DNA from: an uncultured Gemmataceae bacterium
Lineage (GTDB): Bacteria > Planctomycetota > Planctomycetia > Gemmatales > Gemmataceae
NCBI GenBank assembly: GCA_963750165.1
Contig: CAVVPN010000003.1
Span: 2,464,001-2,528,000 of the forward strand
Direction of reading: 5' to 3'
Length of the DNA stretch: 64,000 nt
Shown here: in pieces, positions 19,903 through 29,427 of the stretch
How positions within the stretch are numbered: the first letter of the stretch is position 1
How the letters are laid out: the number at the start of each line of letters is the position of its first letter
Notes under the pieces: model-generated
What the model was told of the DNA's origin: nothing
The model's input: the letters and a program-made list of their open reading frames with translations, nothing else
Database searches by the model: none
Translations under genes and position numbers: made by a program

Positions 19903-20277
19903 TCACAGGTTTGTGGTGGGCCAGGCGGCGGCGTAGCGGTCCAAATAAACCTTTTTGTGGTAGGTCGGCGTGCCCAGCGCCCGCGGTTCCACCAGCACCA
20001 CGCGGAACCGAGTGCCGTTACGGTCGGGGATGAACACCGAGTCCTCCGTCCCCGCCTGGTCGAACTGACTGAATCCATCCCGCACGTCCGTCAACGGGTC
20101 GAGGAGCAGCACGTGCGTGTAGCGCAGGGGACGCACTTCCGACTCGCCGGTTTCCATGCGCCGCTCGTAGTCCGCGTGCAGGGCGCACCGTTGGCTGGCT
20201 ACGTCGGGGCTCGCCGGCGGCACGTTTCCCGAACGGTAAATCTCACAGGTCGTGTTGGGCGGCAGGGGCAGCGGCAC
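19903..20277 (-). CDS. Putative head-closure/adaptor-like protein (stand-alone paralogue of the fibre N-terminus)
   Basis: RBS GGAGG then GTG; 61/114 identical (manual, gapless) to the N-terminus of the 22009-23952 protein. Confidence 0.6.
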   Translation of the reverse strand: MPLPLPPNTTCEIYRSGNVPPASPDVASQRCALHADYERRMETGESEVRPLRYTHVLLLDPLTDVRDGFSQFDQAGTEDSVFIPDRNGTRFRVVLVEPRALGTPTYHKKVYLDRYAAAWPTTNL

Positions 20278-20347
20278 AGCGCACCTCCGGGACTTCGGGA
20301 AAGCGCGGGCCGGCGCTGGCGGTCCAGCGCCGGCCCGTGGGGAACGG

Positions 20348-21667
20348 TTACGCGGACACGCCGTACTCCGACTGCACGGCCGCAATCAGCGCCGCCACGT
20401 CCTGTTGTTGTTGCGTCTGGTCCGCGGTCAGTGCGGCCTGGGCCTGCTGGTCCGCCTGCTGGGCGTTGGCCAGCTGCTGGGCCGTCTGCGCTTGTGCCGC
20501 ACTGTCAGCGGCCGTCTGCGCCGCGTCCGCCTTCACCACCGCCAGGGCCGCGTCCACCGGGTCGGTGGGCGTGTCGCGGAAGCGCAGCGCCTGCGGCCCC
20601 TGGAAGCTGGTGATGATGGTTGCCAGCGCCTGGGCGAGGGCGATGATCTGGGGCGCGTCGTTGATGAGCGCCTGAACTACCGCGATCGGATCGAAGCCTT
20701 TGCCGAGGTCACTGGCGCCCAACTTTTGCACCACCTTGATGAACGACTTCATCCGCGGGTAGGTCGTGAGCAGCCGCTGGCACTCGGCGTCCCACTGCGC
20801 CAGCGTCGGGTACTGGCTCGGAGCCGGCGAGGGTGTCGGAGCCGGCGGCACCGGGACCGGCGGGGTCGGCGTTGGGCCGGGCGCCGGGAACGGGCTCGGC
20901 GGCAGGGTCGCGCCGCCGAACTGCTGCCAGAATTGAGCAAGTTCGGTGTAGTGCTTGCCGTTGGGGGCGTAGCCGCTGCTGTCGAACCAGCGGAGCGAGA
21001 AGACCACGAACGCGGACGGGTCGCAGACCTGGACGCCCGCGGGCGTGATCCGGACGTAGCTGCCCCAGGTCTGCGCCCGGTAGCGGCCGCTGGCATCGAC
21101 GCCGTTCCACCAGACGCCATGACCGTTGTTGCTGTCGGCCCTGGCCGGGGCGTCCCACACCGCGCCGCCGGCGGGGTCGAAGGCGTCAATCCAGGCGTCC
21201 GGCACGTCGAGCATGAACAGCACGCCGCCGAACAGGTAGATGGCGGCCTGGGCCGCGGCGGTGTCGGTCGGGTCGAGGTCTAAGGCGTCGAGGATGGTGG
21301 CCTGGGCGTTGCCGGCCAGGCCAGGCTTCCAGCACTGGTTGAGCAATGTGCCCTCGTCCAGCCCGTTGTCACCGCCGGAGGCTTTCAGGTACTGGTTGAC
21401 GATGGCGCTCTCGGAAAAACTGGACTCGGTGCCAGCGTTACCGGTGAAGGTGTTGTCGGCGTGGCAGGCGCCGGCCAGCATACAGTCGCCGTAGTTGTCG
21501 TTGCCGTCCATCGGGAAGGACAGCGCTTTCGCCCAGTCCACAGGTAGCGGCGTGGGCGGGTAACTCACGGAGAGCTTGAAGCGCCGGGTCGGGTGACCTC
21601 GCTTCATCGCGTGCCGGTCCTGGAACTTGACGCGCTTGCCGAGTTTGGGGACGTAGACATTCTTCAT
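20348..21667 (-). CDS. Papain-like (C1-type) cysteine peptidase with Pro linker and Ala/Gln-rich helical tail
   Basis: MDGNDNYGDCMLAG (Cys), GGDNGL, NGHGV (His), QTWG; RBS AGGAGAG. Confidence 0.65.
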   Translation of the reverse strand: MKNVYVPKLGKRVKFQDRHAMKRGHPTRRFKLSVSYPPTPLPVDWAKALSFPMDGNDNYGDCMLAGACHADNTFTGNAGTESSFSESAIVNQYLKASGGDNGLDEGTLLNQCWKPGLAGNAQATILDALDLDPTDTAAAQAAIYLFGGVLFMLDVPDAWIDAFDPAGGAVWDAPARADSNNGHGVWWNGVDASGRYRAQTWGSYVRITPAGVQVCDPSAFVVFSLRWFDSSGYAPNGKHYTELAQFWQQFGGATLPPSPFPAPGPTPTPPVPVPPAPTPSPAPSQYPTLAQWDAECQRLLTTYPRMKSFIKVVQKLGASDLGKGFDPIAVVQALINDAPQIIALAQALATIITSFQGPQALRFRDTPTDPVDAALAVVKADAAQTAADSAAQAQTAQQLANAQQADQQAQAALTADQTQQQQDVAALIAAVQSEYGVSA

Positions 21668-21705
21668 CGCACTCTCCTGAAACAAAAGGGTTGGGAAACG
21701 CATTA

Positions 21706-21996
21706 TCAACCGATCACCTGATACAGGTTCACGCGGATGGTTTTGTTGTTGGCGTCGAGGGATGTCTTGAGGGTGTCGAGCGTAACAACTACCGCGGCGA
21801 ATTGTGCGGCGGACAGGTACGATAGCTGACTTGCCAGAAGGTCGGAGTCTTGCAACGAGCCGGGCGTTGTGCCGTCGTCGGGGCTCACGAAGCCGCGGTC
21901 CTTGCCCTCCTGCACGGTCGCTTCCAGAAGTTGGATGTCCCTCAAAAGATTGCGGGTCTGCACCTTGAAGCGGTTCAGGTACTCGGTGGTCTGCAT
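21706..21996 (-). CDS. Small hypothetical protein
   Basis: 96 aa ORF co-oriented in the cluster with RBS GAGAGGG. Confidence 0.6.
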   Translation of the reverse strand: MQTTEYLNRFKVQTRNLLRDIQLLEATVQEGKDRGFVSPDDGTTPGSLQDSDLLASQLSYLSAAQFAAVVVTLDTLKTSLDANNKTIRVNLYQVIG

Positions 21997-22008
21997 GTGG
22001 AGGCCCTC

Positions 22009-23952
22009 TCATAGTTGGGTGATGTGTGCGGCCGCGTCGAAACTAATCAAGCCACCGCTGGTCTGGAACGCCGTTCTCAGCGTGATCGTGGTGCCGCTCT
22101 GCACCCAGATCGTGAGATCGTTGAAGTAAAAAATGCCGCTGGTGCCAAAACTCGTGGCGCCGCCCGTGGAGGTGAGATTGACCGTCTGCACCGTGTTGGT
22201 TTCGTCATGGAAGATGAGTTGGAAATTGAGCACATCGACGCTCGCGCTGCGGATTTTGAGGTAGCCGCCGACGCGGTACAGGCCCCCCACAGCGCTGGCG
22301 ACGGAGGTGATGGTCCCGGTTGCCGTCTGGCTGGTGAGCGTGTTGCTCGCAGCCGGGGCCACGACTCCCGTGATCGTGCCGGAGACGGTCAAGCTGCCGG
22401 TAATGTCAACATCGTTGCCGAACACAAAGGCGCCGCCAGAGGTGGTCATCTGCAAATAGGTGCCGCTCAGATCCCAGAGGGCCAGGGAGCCCGGATTGAT
22501 GTTATTCGTTTGGTCGCCGACATAGAGCGTCTCAGGTGTCCCTAATGGTCCAACGGAACCGGTCGGGTCGTACAGGAAATTCGCCGGGTCAGTCGAATAG
22601 GTGCCGCTGCCGTCGTTGAACGGCACCTCGCCGGCCGAACCGGCGGCGCCGACATTGGCGGTTGGCAGCGTGCCGGTCACGTCACTGGCGAGGTCGATCA
22701 GGCCGGAGACGAGATACTGGTTGGCGTCCGTCTTGACTGGCTGCGACGCCGTGAGTCCGCTGTCGTAGATGCCGAACGTCAGGCCGTTGAGGATGACGGT
22801 TCGGCCGCTGGTGGTCTCGATGGTGCGAAGGCACTCGATGCCATCGGAAATAATCGTTCGCCGCCCGCCGTTGGTGCTGTTCGTGCAGTCGAGCGCGGAT
22901 TGATCCGAGGTGATGCCCGTCGCGCTGTTGAACCTGGTGGTGGTGGTGCCGAGGTTGGTGTAGCTCGCCGTCAGGACGTGGCTGCTGCCGGAGTAGTTGT
23001 ACTCGCCGTTGGCGTTAGCAAAGCTGCCCGCGCCGTCGGCGAACTGCACGTCGCCGCTGCTGCCGGTGCTGCCGGAACCGCTTGACGGTCCAACGAGCGT
23101 GAACGAGCCGCTGCCGTCGCTGATGTACAGCTTCTTGTCGGTCGTGTCGTAGACCGGACTGCCGGCCGGGACGGTGAACGTTGGCGTGCCGGTGATCGTT
23201 AGGGTTGGCAGGGTGACGTAGCCCGGCGGCGCGGCGGCGAGACTGTTCGTGGTGCCGAAACTAACCTGGCCGGTGAAGAGACTGTTGGCGGTTGTGCCGT
23301 CGGTGCTGACCGTGAGCCAGTCGTAGGTGCCGCCGTGGTCGGTCAGCGAATACTGTTGCTGGATGGTGTAACTCGCGGTGGTGGCGTTGGTGAAGGTGGT
23401 CGCGGTGGCGGCCACGCTGACGTTTGGCGTCGTGGTTGTGCCCAGTTGCATGATCTGGGACAGGCCGAAGCCCGCGGCCGGCGTGCTGGTGCTGTTCGCC
23501 GCCAGGGTCAGGATGTTGGTGACGGTGTTGGTGGCGGTGGTGGTAATGCTGTCCGTGATGGGGTTGTCCATCACCGCGGCGTTGCTGGCCTGGGCCGCGC
23601 CGGCGGTCTTGCGGGCCAGATACACTTTCTTGTGGTCGTTCGTCTCGCCCCAGCCCTTGCGCTCGACGAACACCACCGAGAGCGGCGTGCCGTTGCGGTC
23701 GGGGGTGTACACCGTGTCCTGCGTGTTGCCGACCTGGCCGCGGTCGTAACTGTCGCGCACGTCGGTGGCCAGGTCCACCAGCAGGAGGTGCGTGAAGCGC
23801 AGGTCGAACGGATCGCCCTCGCCCTCCTCCAGACCCCGGGAGTAGACGCCCTTCAAATGGCAGCGCGTGAGTGCCACGTCCGGGGCGGCCGGCGGTGCGT
23901 TGCCGGCCCGGTAGATTTCGCAGGTGGTGTTGGGCGTCACGGCGAGGGTCAT
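22009..23952 (-). CDS. Adaptor-like domain fused to a long Thr/Ser/Gly-rich fibre-like region
   Basis: Conserved ~115 aa N-domain, then beta-rich low-complexity sequence with GDVQFADGAG / GEVPFNDGSG fibre-type repeats. Confidence 0.65.
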   Translation of the reverse strand: MTLAVTPNTTCEIYRAGNAPPAAPDVALTRCHLKGVYSRGLEEGEGDPFDLRFTHLLLVDLATDVRDSYDRGQVGNTQDTVYTPDRNGTPLSVVFVERKGWGETNDHKKVYLARKTAGAAQASNAAVMDNPITDSITTTATNTVTNILTLAANSTSTPAAGFGLSQIMQLGTTTTPNVSVAATATTFTNATTASYTIQQQYSLTDHGGTYDWLTVSTDGTTANSLFTGQVSFGTTNSLAAAPPGYVTLPTLTITGTPTFTVPAGSPVYDTTDKKLYISDGSGSFTLVGPSSGSGSTGSSGDVQFADGAGSFANANGEYNYSGSSHVLTASYTNLGTTTTRFNSATGITSDQSALDCTNSTNGGRRTIISDGIECLRTIETTSGRTVILNGLTFGIYDSGLTASQPVKTDANQYLVSGLIDLASDVTGTLPTANVGAAGSAGEVPFNDGSGTYSTDPANFLYDPTGSVGPLGTPETLYVGDQTNNINPGSLALWDLSGTYLQMTTSGGAFVFGNDVDITGSLTVSGTITGVVAPAASNTLTSQTATGTITSVASAVGGLYRVGGYLKIRSASVDVLNFQLIFHDETNTVQTVNLTSTGGATSFGTSGIFYFNDLTIWVQSGTTITLRTAFQTSGGLISFDAAAHITQL

Positions 23953-23953
23953 G

Positions 23954-24840
23954 TCAGCCTCCAAACGCGCTGAGCTTGTGATCGACGTAGGGTTGCAGCA
24001 GCAGCTGAACGCTGACCGGCATGGTCTTGACCGGCACGCGGGCGGTCACGCCGTAGATGATTTCATGCTCCAGGCCCGGGTCGCGCTTGGTCTGCCAGAA
24101 CAGGGCCGCCACCCACTCGGCGCACGCCTCCTGCACGTCGTCGGGCACGGTGGCGAAGCCGGCGGTGTAGACCACACGCCAGTAATTGCGGCCGCCGGGC
24201 CAGCCGAGCAGGTGCCGCCAGTCCGGCGGCAGCGGCGCGGCGGGAGCGCGCGCCAGCCAACCGCGGTCGGCGTCCACGTCAAAGGCGGACAGCTCCTGCA
24301 GGTGCAGCACCAGGTCGGCGGTGACGCCGCCGGCGGCGTTGCACGCCCCCTGCGGGCGCGCAGGTCGGCCGAGGCGCGGTTGCCGTTCGCCGGGCTGAGC
24401 ACCGCGGCGGACCAGCCGTTGCCCAGGGCGGTGACCGCGGCGGCCACGGCGCTGAGCGTGACGTTGCCGGCGAAGGTGACCGAGGTGTCGGTGGTGGTCA
24501 CGCCGCTGGCAACGCTCGTCAGTGTCAGCCCGGTGTCAGTGACCGCGACGGTGGCGCGCTGGTTGGCCGCCGAGGTGTTCGTGACGCGCAGCACCGCCGT
24601 CGGCGCATAAGCGACGCGGTCCACGGAAAGGACCGGGAACTGCCGCAGTTGCAGGCGCGGGTGCTCGGTGCCGTGGTACAGTTCGTCGAACTGCTGGCTG
24701 TCAAACGCGCGCTTGCAGTAGCGGCGGATCGCCTGCGAGCAGGCGCTGACCAGCGCGGCGATGGTGGTGTCCTCGTCGCTGCTGGTGCTCAGGTTGTTCA
24801 GGTTGTACAGGGCGCGGGCGCTGGTGATGAGATCGGCCAT
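23954..24840 (-). CDS. Head-tail connector (gp6-like) protein, 1-nt frameshift at ~24354-24356
   Basis: LVSACSQAIRRYCKR, LRQFPVLSV, then VVYTAGFATVPDDVQEACAEWVA. Adding one base to the GGG run joins the two ORFs (DLRAPQGACNAAGG). Confidence 0.75.
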
Positions 24841-24848
24841 GGGGGTAT

Positions 24849-24951
24849 TCAGAAGTCAGAGGACAGAAGTCAGAGGTCAGAGGTCAGAGGTCAGAAGTCG
24901 GAAGCCAGCGATTGATTTCTGACTTCTGACTTCTGACTTCTGTCCTCTGAC
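24849..24951. repeat. Inverted heptamer tandem repeats (TCAGARG)n ... (TTCTGAC)n
   Basis: tcagaagtcagaggacagaagtcagaggtcagaggtcagagg ... ttctgacttctgacttctgacttctgtcctctgac. Confidence 0.85.
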
Positions 24952-24961
24952 CCGGGAAGGG

Positions 24962-25402
24962 TCAGGTGATGATCTGCGCGACCTTGGCGAGTTCGTCGTC
25001 GCTGGCGGGGCCGAAGCGCGGCCGCATACCGAAGCCGACCACGGCCACGATGTTGGTCGTGCCGTTGCCGACCGTCAGCCGGCCGCGCACGTAGCGGTAC
25101 AGGCTCGGCGACGCGGTCGTCTCCTCCGACTTGAGGTTGATGATCGCGACCTTGTCGTCGTCGGTGGACTGGAACTGCGTGATCGCCTTGCCGGTGATGT
25201 CCTGCTCGTCGGTGCCGCTGGTGTCGAGGGCCTCGCGCAGTTTGAAATCGACCGTGCTGTCCACGGCCCCGAGCAGGACCACGAACATGGCCTCGTGGAA
25301 CTTGCTCATATCGACGTAATCGGTGTTTTGCGTGCTGTCGTTGTAGTTGGCCGGGTCGATGGTCGCGACCACCGCGGCCCGTTCGCTGGGCTGGCTCTGC
25401 AT
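24962..25402 (-). CDS. Capsid-associated (decoration/cement-like) hypothetical protein
   Basis: 146 aa beta-rich ORF immediately downstream of the major capsid gene; function inferred from position only. Confidence 0.55.
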   Translation of the reverse strand: MQSQPSERAAVVATIDPANYNDSTQNTDYVDMSKFHEAMFVVLLGAVDSTVDFKLREALDTSGTDEQDITGKAITQFQSTDDDKVAIINLKSEETTASPSLYRYVRGRLTVGNGTTNIVAVVGFGMRPRFGPASDDELAKVAQIIT

Positions 25403-25499
25403 GGGAAACTCCGGGGAAGGAAGGGCCGCCGCGCGGCGGAGCGCGGCGGCGATGGCGGCCCCTGGACGAACTCCGCCGGGGCCGGGGGAGACTCTTTGT

Positions 25500-25619
25500 C
25501 TTGCTCCCCTCGCCCCCTTCCGGGGGAGAGGGGTTGGGGGTGAGGGGGCGCGAATCGATAAATCGAAGAATACCCCCTCACCCCTACCCTCTCCCCCTTC
25601 CAGGGGCGAGGGGAGCAAG
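25500..25619. repeat. REP doublet (CCCCTCACCCC/CCCTCTCCC family)
   Basis: cttgctcccctcgcccccttccgggggagaggggttgggggtgagggg ... cccctcacccctaccctctcccccttccaggggcgaggggagcaag. Confidence 0.85.
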
Positions 25620-25624
25620 GCCCG

Positions 25625-26950
25625 TCAGCCGGGGGCGAGGCCGACGAACGGCGACAGCGTTGTCGTGGCGTCGGCCAGCGTCACCTTGTCGCGCATCCAC
25701 GGCTGGCCGTCCACCCGACACACGAACCGCCAGGCGCCCTGGTTGTTGATGAACTTGTAATGTTCGCTGAAAGCGATCTCAATCATCTGGCGGTCGCCCA
25801 CCAGGTAGTGCTGCAGGTTGAGCAACAGGATGTCGCCGAGCGTGTTCAGCGCCGGCAACTTTTCGCTGACCACGATGGGGATGCCGAACAACTGCATCCG
25901 CGGCGCGTCCTGGGCGTTGCTCAGGAAGATGTTGGGGCTGCCGGCGGCGGTGGCGGCCATCGTCAGCAGTTTGACCAGCACCGTCGGGTGGATGGCCCAG
26001 ACGCTGCTGCGGGCGTTCCAGCCCGGCAGCATGCGGCCGAGCATGCCGCCCACGTCCGCCAGCGTCACCGCGCTCGCGCCGGAGCGCGTCACGGACACCA
26101 GTGCCGTCGCGTTGAGGATGCCCAGCGGTTTGCCGGCGCCGTCACCGCGCAGGAAGGCGTAATCCTTGTACCAACCCAGGGCGTTGCCGAAGATTTGCAG
26201 CAGCAGTGCCTCCAGGCCGACGGCGTTGTCGTTCAGCAGCGCGTTCGAGGCGAGCGTGTAGCCGCTCAGCTCGTGGGCCGTCAGGCGGATCTGCTTGAAC
26301 GTCGGCTCCTTCTCGGTCAGCTGCTGCGCCTCCACGGACCAGGTGGCGGTGACGCCGCCGAAGTACGCGGTGTCGCCGGCCTGCGGCGGCGTGGTCACGT
26401 CCAGGGCCGGGATCTCGATGGACTGCGACGCCATCGGCACCCGCGTCGCCCGGCTCTCGACCACGCCTGTCTCCGCCGACAGCATCAGCAAATTCGGCAG
26501 GAATTCCGTCGGCACCGTGTAGCCGCCCTGCGTGCCGGTCTGCGTCGTCAGCGCCGCTTTCTGGCCGAGGTTCTCCCAGTCGGCCCAGCGGCTGCCCATC
26601 TCCTCCAGCACACGACCGTCGCCGCGGCGCACCGCCAGCAGGAAGTGGCCGAACGTCTTCTTCGGGTCGCCGTTGCCGCCCTGGCCGAAGATCAGCGGCA
26701 CGGCGTTGCGGCGCGAGCGCGTCTGGGCGTCGGCGAACTGTTTCAGCGTCGTTTCCATGGCGTCGTTGAGGCCGCGCGTCAGCGTGGCCAGCAGCGACTC
26801 CATCGACTTCGCCACCACCGGCGCCAGCGGGTCGCCGGTGACGGCCTCGGCAATGCCCTGGGCGATCAGCGTGGCGGCGACGGGTTCGTCCACGTCCACG
26901 CGGGCGCCGGCCTTCTGGCCGAAGTGGTCTTTCTTGAGTTGCACGAACAT
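25625..26950 (-). CDS. HK97-fold major capsid protein
   Basis: QGGYTVPTEF, EPTFKQIRLTAHEL, AFLRGDGAGKPLGIL, LFGIPIVVSEKLP, RVDGQP. Confidence 0.92.
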   Translation of the reverse strand: MFVQLKKDHFGQKAGARVDVDEPVAATLIAQGIAEAVTGDPLAPVVAKSMESLLATLTRGLNDAMETTLKQFADAQTRSRRNAVPLIFGQGGNGDPKKTFGHFLLAVRRGDGRVLEEMGSRWADWENLGQKAALTTQTGTQGGYTVPTEFLPNLLMLSAETGVVESRATRVPMASQSIEIPALDVTTPPQAGDTAYFGGVTATWSVEAQQLTEKEPTFKQIRLTAHELSGYTLASNALLNDNAVGLEALLLQIFGNALGWYKDYAFLRGDGAGKPLGILNATALVSVTRSGASAVTLADVGGMLGRMLPGWNARSSVWAIHPTVLVKLLTMAATAAGSPNIFLSNAQDAPRMQLFGIPIVVSEKLPALNTLGDILLLNLQHYLVGDRQMIEIAFSEHYKFINNQGAWRFVCRVDGQPWMRDKVTLADATTTLSPFVGLAPG

Positions 26951-27072
26951 GAGGGGCTCTTTCGTTGATGGGTTGATGGGATGGGATGGCGGCGGCGCGT
27001 CTCCGGCACGGCGGCGGGCAGCTTGGCGTCTGCCTCGGCGGCCGCGGCCTGACTGCTACTCCGGCGGGTACG

Positions 27073-27909
27073 CTAGATCCGGCCTTTTAACCTGGACCAG
27101 CACTCGGCAAGGAATTCTTGCACCAGCGTGGGCAAGTTCAGTTGATCGACCTGTCGCTGAAAAGCGCGGGTGATTTCCTCCAGCGGTGTGAACGGGATGA
27201 CGGCCGGGGCTGGCGGCTCAACGTCAGCGGACAGGCCGAGGGCGCGGCGCGTGGCGTCGGACAGCAGGCCCTTGGACACGCTCTCCACCAGGGCGTTCTG
27301 CTGTGCCGGCAGGTAGACGCAGGCGTATTCCAGCAGCAGCCATTTTTCGATGACCCAGTTCACCTTCGACCACGCAGGGTTGGTGCTGACCTCGTCCTCC
27401 GTGGGCCGGCGGGCCTTGACGGGCAGGAAGCCGACACTCTTGCCGCTCAGCAGGCCGGACTGCACCAGCGTGAAGGCGATGTCCGCGGGCCACTCGGCGT
27501 CGTCCGGCCAGGCGTCGGGGCGCTGCGGATACAGCGTCTTCGCCTTGATGCCGACCAGCGGCCCGTCCTTGACGCGGCGCCGCCACAGCGACCGGCCCAC
27601 CGGCGGCAGCCAGTAAGCGTGCTGCATCGTCACCAGGGGGTTCAGCTTGAAATGGGCGTCGTCCATGCCCGCAGCCATCACGACATCGTTTTGGCGGTCG
27701 ATGGACTCCTCGCTGATCCACGAGACATCGGCGCGTTCGCCGGTCAGCAGCTCGGTCGGCGATTTCGCGATCACGGCGGTCTGCGGCTCGAAGGGGCGCT
27801 CGCGCGGCAGCGTTTTCAGCAGTGCTTCGAGGGCCTGGGCCTGGCGGTCCTTCATCGGCACGCCGAACGGGCCCTCGGTGTCGTAGTAGGCTTTGTGGAA
27901 CTGGGGCAT
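27073..27909 (-). CDS. HK97-type prohead protease
   Basis: ESIDRQNDVV, NPLVTMQH (His), LSGKSVGF (Ser), LLEYACVYLPA; located between portal and capsid. Confidence 0.75.
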   Translation of the reverse strand: MPQFHKAYYDTEGPFGVPMKDRQAQALEALLKTLPRERPFEPQTAVIAKSPTELLTGERADVSWISEESIDRQNDVVMAAGMDDAHFKLNPLVTMQHAYWLPPVGRSLWRRRVKDGPLVGIKAKTLYPQRPDAWPDDAEWPADIAFTLVQSGLLSGKSVGFLPVKARRPTEDEVSTNPAWSKVNWVIEKWLLLEYACVYLPAQQNALVESVSKGLLSDATRRALGLSADVEPPAPAVIPFTPLEEITRAFQRQVDQLNLPTLVQEFLAECWSRLKGRI

Positions 27910-27952
27910 GGCGGATGAGGGGGTGATGGGGTGATGGGGTGAGGACATCTCT

Positions 27953-28093
27953 GTTGTGGGCCGGTCTCCTGACCGATCCACGGCTTCGACCGAAGGTCTC
28001 CTCTTCGGGGCGCTGGAAGGCGGGGAGACCTTCGGTCCGGCACGGTGGCTTGGTCCGGAGACCAAGCCACAACCAGTGAGACCAAGCCACAAC
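27953..28093. repeat. ~140 bp nested-palindrome REPIN/MITE-like element, copy 1
   Basis: gttgtgg..ggtctc..gacc...gaccgaaggtctcc...ggagaccttcggtc...gagaccaagccacaac (x2); near-identical to 31733-31875. Confidence 0.85.
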
Positions 28094-28101
28094 CGGGACG
28101 C

Positions 28102-29427
28102 TCATTGCGGTTCCTGAATGGACACCCGCGGCGGCACCCAGGGCACGTCGCCCCACGGCACCGGCGGCAGGCCGCGCTCCGAGCGCACCTCGTTGATCGT
28201 CCGCACGCCGTACTTCAGATCCGACTCCGTTTGCTTCAGCAAACGCTCCTGGTCCTGTGGCGTCGGGTCGTCCGACATCAGGAACAGCCGGCCGCTCGGG
28301 TCGTACAGCGGGATCAGCTGCTCGTTCAACTTCTCATCGCGGCGGCGCAGGCGCGGCACAATCGCCAGGCTCTTGTGCAGATGGTCGGCCGCTTGCAGGT
28401 TCGCCAAATTCGTCTCCGACGACAGCAGCGGCAGCGGCACCTGGAAGCAGTTGGCCACGTCCTCGCGCGTAGCCTTCAACTCCGCCAGCGCCGCCAGGTC
28501 GCCGAGCGAGTGACTCAGCAAATCGACCTTCAAACCCGTTTCACTGATGAGCACCTTGCCGGCGCCGCCACGGCGAAACTTCTGGTTCCACTGCTCCTCC
28601 AGCCGGTCGCGCTCGTCCTGGCCGATGGTCGCGTCCGGCGACAGCACCACGCCTGGCAGGGCGGTGTTGTCGTACAACGCTCGCTTGCGCGCCACCCCGC
28701 TGCTCAGCAGCGTCGCCTGTTCGTAGCAGGCCCGCAGCGGACTCAGGCCGCCGGTGTACGGCGCCCGCGGGTCGGGACAGCGGAAGTGGATCACGTCCTC
28801 CGGCGCGAACTGGGCCACGGCGCCGCCGGCGGTGAACTCATAGCAGTCCACCAGGCGCGGGCTGTCCGCCGCCCGGCAGATGCGGACGAACTGGCTCGGC
28901 AAAATCCAGATATGTACCGGGATGCCGAGCACGTCGTCCATCTCCAGCAGCCAGTACGCATTGCCGTGAAACTCCAGGTACAGTTGTGTGAGTTCCCAGA
29001 GGTCAAAACTGTTATGAGCCGGGTTGATCTGCTGGAGCAGCGTCAGCAGCGGATGGCTGACGACCTCGGTGATCGTCTCGACACCCTTGACGCGCGCGGC
29101 CAGGTGCGGCGTCTCGCGCAGGCGCTGCTCCTCGGCGGCGCCCAGGCGGCGCGTCAGGCAGCGCGCGGCCGGCTGGTGGGCGGCGGTGGTGACGTACAGC
29201 CGCGGCGGGCAACGGGCGCACACGGCAGCGTTGACGGACGCGCACGCCCAGGCGGTGCCCTTCAACTCGTGCAGCAGATCGAGGGCCGTCGGCTCGCGCA
29301 GGTGGCGGTAACTGTCGGCGTACCAGCCAGCGCGGCCGAGGCCGCTGAACAGGGCGGGTTGCACCGCCGTCTTGCGCTGCAGCCAGGCCGTCGTGCGGCG
29401 GAACAGGTCGAGGACGGTGCGGATCAT
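28102..29427 (-). CDS. Phage portal protein (HK97-like)
   Basis: HPLLTLLQQINP, YLEFHGNAYW, EDVIHFRCPDP, GLSPL, TINEVRSERGLPP; ATGA overlap with the terL stop. Confidence 0.92.
   Translation of the reverse strand: MIRTVLDLFRRTTAWLQRKTAVQPALFSGLGRAGWYADSYRHLREPTALDLLHELKGTAWACASVNAAVCARCPPRLYVTTAAHQPAARCLTRRLGAAEEQRLRETPHLAARVKGVETITEVVSHPLLTLLQQINPAHNSFDLWELTQLYLEFHGNAYWLLEMDDVLGIPVHIWILPSQFVRICRAADSPRLVDCYEFTAGGAVAQFAPEDVIHFRCPDPRAPYTGGLSPLRACYEQATLLSSGVARKRALYDNTALPGVVLSPDATIGQDERDRLEEQWNQKFRRGGAGKVLISETGLKVDLLSHSLGDLAALAELKATREDVANCFQVPLPLLSSETNLANLQAADHLHKSLAIVPRLRRRDEKLNEQLIPLYDPSGRLFLMSDDPTPQDQERLLKQTESDLKYGVRTINEVRSERGLPPVPWGDVPWVPPRVSIQEPQ

Noticed and set aside
22009..23952. Diversity-generating retroelement target in the fibre gene
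   Set aside because: No reverse transcriptase and no template/variable repeat pair seen in the window.
24849..24951. Short tandem repeats (also 13266, 17283, 55444) as CRISPR arrays
   Set aside because: Units are 7-9 nt with no unique spacers, and no cas genes are present.
25625..26950. Encapsulin nanocompartment
   Set aside because: Portal, terminase, prohead protease and connector genes are present, which encapsulin loci lack.
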